The notes below the pieces were generated by a model that worked only from the letters and a program-made list of their open reading frames with translations, was not told the DNA's origin and did not search any database. A DNA stretch of 64,000 nucleotides from Chthoniobacterales bacterium (GTDB taxonomy: Bacteria; Verrucomicrobiota; Verrucomicrobiia; Chthoniobacterales; Chthoniobacteraceae), in assembly GCA_038207335.1 (NCBI GenBank), contig JBBQZX010000030.1, positions 14,063-78,062 on the forward strand, given 5' to 3'. This document shows, one piece after another, positions 1 through 8,005 of the stretch; positions within the stretch are counted from its first letter, which is position 1; the number at the start of each line of letters is the position of its first letter. A program made the translations under genes and the position numbers.

Positions 1-839
1 GAGAGCCGGCCGCGCATCGCGTCGCGGATCGTCGCAGGCTGCTCGTAGATTTCTTTCAGCATGTAGTGCGCGAAATCCCCCTTGCTCACATCCTCCTCGC
101 TGAACTCGACTTTGCTCACCTCGAAGCCACTCGCGCCGCCGAGCAGGCTCGTGATCTCGAAGCTGTCGCGCGTTAGCGCCGCGATGTCGTAGTCCTTCAA
201 ATAAACGGCGTCCCGCGTGTGCGCGACCACGGCGCTGACGTCGCTCGCGAAGAAGTTCTCCCCTTTTCCCAAGCCCAGCACGAGCGGGCTCCCGCGCCGC
301 GCACCGACGATGACGTCCGGCAAATCGCGATGCAGCAGCACGACGCCGTAAGTCCCGACGACTTGCTTCAGCGCCGTCCGCAGCGCCTCGATCAGACGCC
401 CGGTGGTAGCTTCGCCGCCAGCGAGTTCGTAGTGCTTTCCGATGAGATGCACGAGCACCTCGGTGTCCGTCTGGCTCTTGAAAATGTGACCTTCGCCGAT
501 GAGCTGATCGCGCAGAATCGCGTAGTTTTCGATCACGCCATTGTGCACGAGTGCGAGCTTGCCGCTCTGGTCGAAATGCGGGTGCGCGTTCTCATCCGTC
601 ACGCTGCCGTGAGTCGCCCACCGCGTGTGCGAGATGCCGATGTCGCCTTCCGCGGGCGATTCCTGCAGCAGCTCCGCGAGATTCGCGATGCGGCCCGTGC
701 GCTTTCGAAGTTCGATTTTCCCATTGTGCAGGACTGCGACGCCCGCGCTGTCGTAGCCGCGATATTCCAAGCGCCGGAGCCCATCGAGGAGGATGGGAGC
801 CGCTGATTTACTGCCGATATAGCCGATGATTCCGCACAT
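1..839 (-). CDS. glmS: Glutamine--fructose-6-phosphate aminotransferase, 5' part (runs off the window start)
   Basis: Manual translation from ATG at 839: MCGIIGYIGSKSAAPILLDGLRRLEYRGYDSAG; later HTRWATHG and HNGVIENY motifs. Not in the ORF track because it is truncated. Confidence 0.97.
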   Translation of the reverse strand, partial: MCGIIGYIGSKSAAPILLDGLRRLEYRGYDSAGVAVLHNGKIELRKRTGRIANLAELLQESPAEGDIGISHTRWATHGSVTDENAHPHFDQSGKLALVHNGVIENYAILRDQLIGEGHIFKSQTDTEVLVHLIGKHYELAGGEATTGRLIEALRTALKQVVGTYGVVLLHRDLPDVIVGARRGSPLVLGLGKGENFFASDVSAVVAHTRDAVYLKDYDIAALTRDSFEITSLLGGASGFEVSKVEFSEEDVSKGDFAHYMLKEIYEQPATIRDAMRGRL

Positions 840-986
840 GGCGCATTTACTAACCGCGCAGATGTGATGCGGCAACCAGCGGATGGCTGATCGCTGATGG
901 CGGGAGGTGACGTGAATTTTCGGCGTTCGAAAAATCTGCAATCGCCTCTCGCGCGCGTCTCCCGCTACCGTTGCGATTCACCCTTT

Positions 987-2279
987 ATGAATGTCTCCTC
1001 CAGCACCTCGATCACCGACAAGACGCTCGCCATCATCATGGGCGGCGGCGCGGGCACGCGGCTTTTCCCTCTCACGAAAGAGCGCTCCAAGCCCGCCGTG
1101 CCGCTCGCGGGAAAATATCGCATCGTCGATATTCCAATCAGCAACTGCATCAACTCCGGCCTGCGCCGCATGTATGTCCTTACGCAGTTCAACAGCTCCT
1201 CGCTGCACCGCCACATCGCCTCGAGCTACAAATTCGACAACTACTCACGCAGCTTCGTGGAGATCATGGCCGCGCAGCAGACGCCGACCGACGCGACTTG
1301 GTATCAGGGGACCGCAGACGCCGTGCGGCAGAACCTCCGCGACTTTCTCCAGCACCCCTACGAATACTACGTCATCCTCAGCGGCGATCAGCTCTACCGC
1401 ATGGATTACCGCGACCTGCTGCGCCAGCACATCGAGAGCAACGCGGAGCTCACCATCGCCACGATCCCCGTCAATCGTCAAGCCGCCACGGACTTCGGTC
1501 TCATGCACACGGACGCTGCGCGGAAGATCATCCGCTTTGTTGAAAAGCCGAACGATCCCGAAGTGCTCGACACGCTTCGGATTCCTGCGCCGCTTCTCAC
1601 CGAGCTCGGACGCTCCGTCGATGAAGAGGCGTTCCAAGCCTCGATGGGCATCTACGTTTTCAACCGCGCCACGCTCATCGAGGCGCTGGACAACACGCAC
1701 GTCGATTTCGGCAAACACATCATCCCAGACACGATCGAAAAGCACCGCGTCATGGCCTACATCTTCCAGGGCTACTGGGAAGACATCGGCACCATCCGCT
1801 CATTCTTCGACGCGAATCTGATGCTCACCGACGCCGTCCCGCAGTTCAATTTCTTCGACACTGGCTCGCCGATTTACACCCACGCCCGCTTCCTCCCCGG
1901 CAGCAAAATTAACGGCGCGACGGTGAAAAACTCGATCATTTCCGACGGCTGCATCATCGACGATGCGAGCATCGAACGCTGCGTCATCGGCATTCGAAGC
2001 TACATCAAAAGCGGCACGACTCTGCGCAACAGCATCGTCATGGGCGCGGATTTTTACGATGTGGACAACGCCGCGCGCAACGCCGGCCCCGACCTCGGCA
2101 TCGGCCGCAACTGCACGATCGACCACGCCATCATCGACAAAAACTCGCGCATCGGAGACGGCGTCACCATCTCGCCCTACGGCAAGCCCGACAACAGCGA
2201 CGGCCCGAACTACTACATCCGCGACGGCATCATCATCGTGCCAAAAGGCGCCGTGATCCCCGCCGGCACGCAGATTTAA
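987..2279 (+). CDS. glgC: Glucose-1-phosphate adenylyltransferase
   Basis: GGGAGTRLFPLTKERSKPAVP, WYQGTADAV, ILSGDQLYRMDY, ASMGIYVF and YWEDIGT motifs; start set at ATG 987. Confidence 0.96.
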   Translation: MNVSSSTSITDKTLAIIMGGGAGTRLFPLTKERSKPAVPLAGKYRIVDIPISNCINSGLRRMYVLTQFNSSSLHRHIASSYKFDNYSRSFVEIMAAQQTPTDATWYQGTADAVRQNLRDFLQHPYEYYVILSGDQLYRMDYRDLLRQHIESNAELTIATIPVNRQAATDFGLMHTDAARKIIRFVEKPNDPEVLDTLRIPAPLLTELGRSVDEEAFQASMGIYVFNRATLIEALDNTHVDFGKHIIPDTIEKHRVMAYIFQGYWEDIGTIRSFFDANLMLTDAVPQFNFFDTGSPIYTHARFLPGSKINGATVKNSIISDGCIIDDASIERCVIGIRSYIKSGTTLRNSIVMGADFYDVDNAARNAGPDLGIGRNCTIDHAIIDKNSRIGDGVTISPYGKPDNSDGPNYYIRDGIIIVPKGAVIPAGTQI

Positions 2280-2330
2280 ACCGCCCCGGCGCGCAACGGC
2301 TTAGAAAATCGCCGTGAAGGAAAGCCGTAG

Positions 2331-3071
2331 ATGAGCACGTTTGCCTGCCCGAAGTGCGGCGGAATCATTCCCGCGCAAGACATCAACGTCGGCACCGACG
2401 TGGCCTTCTGCCGCGTGTGCAATCGCGCATCGAAATTTTCCACCCTCCTGCAGCAGACCGATCTCACTGAAAATGTGGACTTCGATCGCCCACCGGCTGG
2501 CGTCCACTACTGGCAGGACCATCGCGGGATGAAAGTTATCGCCAGCCACCGCTCTCTCGGCATCGCCGCGGGTGCACTGGCGGTCTCGCTTTTTTGGAAT
2601 GGCATCGTGTCCGTGTTCGTCCTCGTCGCGCTCTCCGGCACCCTGCGCGTGCTCGGCATCACGCTACCCGACCGGTTCCCGGCCCCGAAGATGAACGGCG
2701 GCGAGATGGGCCTCGGCATGGTGATCTTCCTGTGGATATTTCTCACGCCCTTCATCACCATCGGCGTCTGCATGATCGCGGCGTTTCTCATGGCGCTCTG
2801 CGGCCGCACCGAGGTGCAGATCGGCGACGCGGACGCATCGATTTTCACCGGCATCGGCCCGCTCGGTCGCCGGCGGCGCTTCCATCCGGCGACTGTGAAA
2901 AGCATCCGCGTCGACGACCGGATCGTGCACGACAGCGAAGGCGACAGCCAGCGCCAGACGGCGATCGTCATCGAAACCGATGAAGGCAAAATCCTCAAAC
3001 TCGCGACGATGCTGCCGCAAGAACGAAGAAAATTTCTCGCAGCCGCCCTGATGCAATCCCTGCGACGGTAA
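2331..3071 (+). CDS. Hypothetical membrane protein with N-terminal zinc ribbon
   Basis: CPKC...CRVC near the N-terminus; two hydrophobic segments (FWNGIVSVF; FLTPFITIG). Confidence 0.75.
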   Translation: MSTFACPKCGGIIPAQDINVGTDVAFCRVCNRASKFSTLLQQTDLTENVDFDRPPAGVHYWQDHRGMKVIASHRSLGIAAGALAVSLFWNGIVSVFVLVALSGTLRVLGITLPDRFPAPKMNGGEMGLGMVIFLWIFLTPFITIGVCMIAAFLMALCGRTEVQIGDADASIFTGIGPLGRRRRFHPATVKSIRVDDRIVHDSEGDSQRQTAIVIETDEGKILKLATMLPQERRKFLAAALMQSLRR

Positions 3072-3095
3072 TTGGAACGGCGGTCCGCAACAGAC

Positions 3096-3116
3096 GTGGC
3101 GATTTCAAATCGCCAC
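3096..3116. repeat. Perfect 10-bp inverted repeat (REP-like or bidirectional terminator) between convergent genes
   Basis: GTGGCGATTT-C-AAATCGCCAC. Confidence 0.6.
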
Positions 3117-3148
3117 TCGTTTGGCGAGTAAACGAATCGCGGTCCCGG

Positions 3149-4768
3149 CTACTTCACTCTCGTGATTTGGAGCGAGTCGTTCTGAAACCAAACATCTCCT
3201 TTGTTCGCGCGGAGTTCGGCTACCAAAACGGTTTCGCCGCCCGGGGCCTCGAACTCGAACTTCAGCGGCTGCCAGCCAGCGTCGCCTTTGAGTGCGTTCT
3301 GGCCGTTGCGAGTGCCACCGGAAATGCGGATGCCCGCGCCCTCTCCCGAAGAGCTTTGCGTCGGCTCGATCTGAGCGGCTTTCACGTTCGCCTCGAAGCG
3401 GTAGTGCCCCGCGGGAACCGTCAGATTTCTCCTCCACGAGCCCGCCGTGCCGCCTTGCGCGCGGATGTGAAGTGCAGGACGACCGTCGATATTCACTTGA
3501 TCGAACTGCGCCGCGCTCCCCTCTTGGTGCCAACCGTCTGTGAGTTTCATCACGCCGTTTTTGCCAAAGTCCGCGGGCTTTGGGATGTCCCCAATTTGCT
3601 TGGCGATGACGGCGATGCGCTGCGTGACTTGGTCACGTACGGTGTTGATTTGGCCCTGATAATCCTTGGCCCAATTTGGGTTCTTTTTCTCGATGGCTGC
3701 GCGCACCCGCTCACCCTCGGCGACGACACGCGCAGGCCAGTCGATCGGCTTCAGCACCGTGTTGTAGATGTCTTCGACGTGCTTCAAATACATCGCGTGA
3801 CTTTCGGGATTGCGCCAAATCGCGCCGCCTACCATGGCGCCGAAATCGCGCATCACGGGGAAGTTCGGATCGTTCAAAACTTGATCCATGCCGTGGACGA
3901 AAAACGAGAATTTGCCGGTGCTCGGGTCTTTGTAGAAGCGGTAGTTGTTGCGGTTGAAATTGTAACCGTCCCAGTGACAGAGGATGTCCTCCATCGCCAT
4001 GAACTGGAGGTATTTGTCGATGTCGAGGATCTTGCCGAGCCGTTCCCAGCGCTTTGCGTTGTCCCCCTCCTGGCAGGCGGCGACGAGCTCTTTGATGTCC
4101 CTTTTGTCCTTCGGGTCGCCCATGTCTTTTTCGGTATTCTCATCGATCTCATGGACGAATCCGCCGTCGTAAAGATCGCCAGTCGTGTCGGGGTAGAATC
4201 TGGCGAGAAAGTCGCGCGTGAAGGCTTCCTTGAGAACGTAGAGTCCCATGTCGCGGCCGTTGAGCGTGACGAATGCGTGCGTGCAGCGCGATGCGGGCAC
4301 GCCGGCTTTGCGCGCGATTTCACCACCGATGAGTTCGTGAAGATAAGTGCCATCCTGATTACAATTATTGAGATGAAATTTCTTCATCCCGTGAAAGCGC
4401 TCGGCCCCTTTGAGTTTGTCGAAATTCAACGTGAGCCCCGGCTTTCCATCGAAGCCCTGAAAGCTCCCCGCGGACCCTTTCAACTTGATGGCGACATTTT
4501 TGAAGACCTTGGTTCCCTCCGTAAGCGTCGCCTCCGCGTAATTCCGTTCGTCCTTTTTAAGTCGTTCGACTTCCGTAGGCTCGAGCGTGATCGCGAGGCT
4601 CATGATCGGCCCGGCAAAAACGTCGTCGATGGCTTTCTTTTGCTTCTGCTCTTTCGTCGGCTCAGGAAGCGGCGGCGCGTGCTGCGGCTCGGAGGCCAGA
4701 TACGGCGAGAGGTAAAGGCACGCGGCGATGACGACGAGGACGAGCAGCAGGTAGTTGAGAAATCTCAT
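3149..4768 (-). CDS. CotH kinase family protein with N-terminal membrane anchor and C-terminal beta-sandwich domain
   Basis: IKLKGSAGSF, KKFHLNN, HWDGY...NNYRFY and HGMDQ motifs; hydrophobic N-terminus from ATG 4768. Confidence 0.88.
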   Translation of the reverse strand: MRFLNYLLLVLVVIAACLYLSPYLASEPQHAPPLPEPTKEQKQKKAIDDVFAGPIMSLAITLEPTEVERLKKDERNYAEATLTEGTKVFKNVAIKLKGSAGSFQGFDGKPGLTLNFDKLKGAERFHGMKKFHLNNCNQDGTYLHELIGGEIARKAGVPASRCTHAFVTLNGRDMGLYVLKEAFTRDFLARFYPDTTGDLYDGGFVHEIDENTEKDMGDPKDKRDIKELVAACQEGDNAKRWERLGKILDIDKYLQFMAMEDILCHWDGYNFNRNNYRFYKDPSTGKFSFFVHGMDQVLNDPNFPVMRDFGAMVGGAIWRNPESHAMYLKHVEDIYNTVLKPIDWPARVVAEGERVRAAIEKKNPNWAKDYQGQINTVRDQVTQRIAVIAKQIGDIPKPADFGKNGVMKLTDGWHQEGSAAQFDQVNIDGRPALHIRAQGGTAGSWRRNLTVPAGHYRFEANVKAAQIEPTQSSSGEGAGIRISGGTRNGQNALKGDAGWQPLKFEFEAPGGETVLVAELRANKGDVWFQNDSLQITRVK

Positions 4769-4878
4769 GCGGCGGCGCGGAGGCAGGTGAAATTCGGTTT
4801 CGGAAAAAGTTGCGCCCATTTTTTGGAAAAGTGCCGAGACAATCCGTGTTCACGCGAAATCCTTAGCGCGGGTGAAAT

Positions 4879-4979
4879 GAACCACAAAGGCACGAAAGCA
4901 CTTAAAAAAGATGAGTCGATGTGAGCGCATTTCCGACTCCCCTGCCTTCGATCTTCGTGCCTTTGCGCCGTCGTGGTTC
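4879..4979. repeat. About 100-bp REP/MITE-like element with imperfect terminal inverted repeats
   Basis: Left GAACCACAAAGGCACGAAAGCAC; right CTTCGTGCCTTTGCGCCGTCGTGGTTC; 8-9 nt internal periodicity. Confidence 0.6.
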
Positions 4980-4994
4980 GATCAGCCTCGAGGC

Positions 4995-5594
4995 TCACGA
5001 AATGGCTTCGGTGCTTGTTTTGCGGGCGATGAGGGCGGCGAGCGCCTCGGGATAAAGCTCGTGCTCCGCGACTTGAATCCGCGCGTGCAGCGAGGCCGCG
5101 GTATCGTCTGCAAGGATGGGGACTTCGCGCTGAGCGAGCACGGTGCCGGTGTCCATTCCGCCATCGACGAGATGCACGGTGCAGCCAGTCGTCGGCACGC
5201 CTGCGGCAAGCGCCTGCGCCCATGCTTCGAGCCCGGGAAACTGCGGCAGGAGCGATGGATGGATATTCACAATGCGCTGCCGAAAGGCGTCGAGCAGCGG
5301 CGCTTTAATCATCCGCATGTAGCCCGCGAGCACGACGAAATCGACGCCCGTTTCTCGCAAAATCTGAACGACGCGCTCCTCGCATTCCGGCTCCATCTTC
5401 GTGCGGAAGCGGCCCGGCGTCACAAACTCCGCGCGCAGCCCGCGCTCACGCGCGAGCCCTAGGATGCCTGCGCTTTCCACGTCCGAAATCACCACCGCGA
5501 CTTCCGCCGCCAGCGCGCCGCGCTCGATCGCGTCGGCGATCGCGCGGAAATTCGAGCCTTTCCCGGAGCCGAGAATGCCGAGCCGCGCACTCAC
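4995..5594 (-). CDS. purN: Phosphoribosylglycinamide formyltransferase
   Basis: SGKGSN, LAGYMR, NIHPSLLP and GCTVHLVD..MDTG motifs. Confidence 0.96.
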   Translation of the reverse strand: MSARLGILGSGKGSNFRAIADAIERGALAAEVAVVISDVESAGILGLARERGLRAEFVTPGRFRTKMEPECEERVVQILRETGVDFVVLAGYMRMIKAPLLDAFRQRIVNIHPSLLPQFPGLEAWAQALAAGVPTTGCTVHLVDGGMDTGTVLAQREVPILADDTAASLHARIQVAEHELYPEALAALIARKTSTEAIS

Positions 5595-6061
5595 GATTGA
5601 GCCATTTTCTCCAGCGTCGCGGTCGTCGATTTTCCCGGCACGAGCGGCAGGATGCGGATGTCGCTGCCTGCCTCGCGGAGAGCCGCGACTTCCTCGGCGT
5701 TCAGGCTCTCGACGGTGTAATCGCCACCTTTCGCATAAATCTGTGGGCGGATTTCGCGCACGAGTTCAGTCACTCGCTCAGTGTGAAAAATTGTGACGAA
5801 ATCCACGCACTCCAGTGCCGCGAGGACTTCCGCCCGGTCGGTCTCGCCGTTGATCGGCCGCGCCGGACCTTTCAGCGCGCGGACGGACGCGTCGCCATTC
5901 ACGGCCACGAGCAGAGCATCGCCCAGCGCCCGCGCGGCCTGCAAATATCGGACGTGCCCGACGTGCAGCAGATCGAAGCAGCCGTTGGTAAAGACGAGCC
6001 TGCGGCCCGACGCGGCGACGCGGGCCAAGCTGGATGAATCCGTAATTTTCGCTGACGACAC
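5591..6061 (-). CDS. rfaE2: D-glycero-beta-D-manno-heptose 1-phosphate adenylyltransferase (RfaE domain II)
   Basis: FTNGCFDLLHVGHVRYL, KGPARP, KGGDY and GKSTT motifs; GTG start at 6061 is my estimate; 4-nt overlap with purN. Confidence 0.9.
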   Translation of the reverse strand: MSSAKITDSSSLARVAASGRRLVFTNGCFDLLHVGHVRYLQAARALGDALLVAVNGDASVRALKGPARPINGETDRAEVLAALECVDFVTIFHTERVTELVREIRPQIYAKGGDYTVESLNAEEVAALREAGSDIRILPLVPGKSTTATLEKMAQS

Positions 6062-6318
6062 ATCCGCAGCGTAGGCAATCGCGCCGGGTGGCGGCAACGC
6101 GGGAATCGAACCCACAGACGGGCTATCATCCGCCAAAGCACCAGCTTCGATTGCCAAAAAAAGGGTCGGGAACTTCATCGCCGAATCGTCGCATGTCAAG
6201 GCCCAGCGGTGATTTCGAGTTCATCAATGCGGCATGAATTAAATATCGTTAAATTCTTTCATTTTTTTCTTGCACGCGGATTTCGATTGGCTAACTTGAT
6301 CGCGTTCTGGGGGGAACA

Positions 6319-6364
6319 GCAGCCCTTCGGCAGCCATTCGGCTCCGGGGGGCTGCATTTTTTTT
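6319..6364 (+). terminator. Intrinsic terminator hairpin, possibly ending a short RNA
   Basis: GCAGCCC(6319-6325)...GGGCTGC(6349-6355) extended stem followed by A and T8. Confidence 0.75.
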
Positions 6365-6452
6365 GCCGCGAATCCAGCGGTTGTGCCACGCGGGCAAACT
6401 TCACCGAAACGTGATTTGCGACACTGCTCGGCGTCGGCGAGCATCGCACGCC

Positions 6453-7985
6453 ATGCGACGCCTGTTTCCGCTCCTTTTTCTCCTCGCGCAGGTCTGCGTC
6501 GCCGCGCCGCTCACCGTACGCGTCGCTACGTTCAACTCCTCGCTCCATCGCGATACCGACGGCCAGCTCGCCAACGACCTCGCCACCCCCACCAACTTGA
6601 ACGCGCGCAAAGTCGCCGAAATTCTCCAGCGCGTCCGCCCGGACATCGTTCTGCTTAACGAATTCGACTACGATGCCGGCGGCCTATCGCGCGACCGTTT
6701 CCACGACAACTACCTCGCCGTCTCCCAAAACGGCCAGCCACCCCTCAGCTACCCATACCGCTTTGCCCCGCCCTCCAACACCGGCATCCCCAGCGGCTTC
6801 GATTACGACAACAACGGCACGGTCAACGACACCACCGGCACCACCACCACATCCCGCGACCTCTACGGCGCAGACTGCTACGGCTTCGGCTGGTTCCCCG
6901 GCCAGTACGGCTTTGTCGTTTACTCTCGCTTCCCCATCCGCACTGCCGACATCCGCACCTTCCAATCCTTCCTCTGGAAAGACATGCCCGGCGCCGTCCT
7001 GCCTGACAAGGCCGGCACTCCCCCGCCACAGGACTGGTACTCCGCAGCCGAGCTCGCCACCTTTCGCCTCTCCTCGAAAAATCACGCCGACGTGCCCATC
7101 GAAGTCGCTCCCGGCCAGCTCATCCACCTCCTCGCCAGCCACCCCACGCCTCCCAGCTTCGACGGCCCCGAGGACCGCAACGGCCACCGCAACCACGACG
7201 AAATCCGCTTCTGGGCCGACTACGTCAACGGCGCCGACTATCTCTACGACGACACCGGCGCCCGCGGCGGACTCGCCAGCGGCCAGCGCTTCATCATCCT
7301 CGGTGACATGAACGCGGACCCCCTCGACGGCGACAGCTACCTCGGCGCGATCAACCAACTCCTCCAACACTCCCGCATCGACTCCTCCTTCATCCCGAGC
7401 AGCCCCGGCGGCACGCAGCAGGCCCAGCTCCAGGGCGGCGCGAATATCGGCCAGCTCGGCGATCCCGCCTACGACACCGGCGACTTCTCCGACGCCCCCG
7501 GCCAGAGCGGCAACCTCCGCATCGACCACCTCCTTCCCTCACGCGCCGGCCTGCGATCCATCGACGGCGCAGTTTTCTGGCCCCTCAAGACCGACCCCAC
7601 ATTCTCCCTCACCACCGCGTCCGACCATCATCTCGTCTGGTTCGACATCGGCGTCGCCCCAATCATCGCCGACGCCGTCCGCGGGCTCGCCGTGGGAAAA
7701 GAGAACGCCGATACCGTCCTCACATTCCTCGCCCAGCAGGGCCTCTCCTACTCCGTCCAGACTAGCCCCGACCTCAGCACATGGAGCGACGCCCCAGCCA
7801 TGCCCGTCACCGTCGATCCCTCCCTCCACGCCCGCGCCGTCGATACCGCGAGCGCATCCGGCACCCGCTTCTACCGCATCGCCGCCAGCCTCAACACCGC
7901 CGGTTCACTCAACACCCAAGCCCTCTCCACCCCGGCGCCGCCGCCGAAGCCCAAGCAAAATCGCGCCCGGACCCTCCGCCGCTAG
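6453..7985 (+). CDS. Secreted endonuclease/exonuclease/phosphatase family protein
   Basis: Signal peptide; VATFN, RPDIVLLNEFD, SHPTPP, RNHDEIRFW, GDMNAD and SDHHLVW motifs; extra C-terminal domain. Confidence 0.88.
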   Translation: MRRLFPLLFLLAQVCVAAPLTVRVATFNSSLHRDTDGQLANDLATPTNLNARKVAEILQRVRPDIVLLNEFDYDAGGLSRDRFHDNYLAVSQNGQPPLSYPYRFAPPSNTGIPSGFDYDNNGTVNDTTGTTTTSRDLYGADCYGFGWFPGQYGFVVYSRFPIRTADIRTFQSFLWKDMPGAVLPDKAGTPPPQDWYSAAELATFRLSSKNHADVPIEVAPGQLIHLLASHPTPPSFDGPEDRNGHRNHDEIRFWADYVNGADYLYDDTGARGGLASGQRFIILGDMNADPLDGDSYLGAINQLLQHSRIDSSFIPSSPGGTQQAQLQGGANIGQLGDPAYDTGDFSDAPGQSGNLRIDHLLPSRAGLRSIDGAVFWPLKTDPTFSLTTASDHHLVWFDIGVAPIIADAVRGLAVGKENADTVLTFLAQQGLSYSVQTSPDLSTWSDAPAMPVTVDPSLHARAVDTASASGTRFYRIAASLNTAGSLNTQALSTPAPPPKPKQNRARTLRR

Positions 7986-8005
7986 AGCCCGGGCACCTTC
8001 GCCGC

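Noticed and set aside
840..986. glmS ribozyme upstream of glmS
   Set aside because: Short divergent intergenic region; no recognisable conserved ribozyme core.
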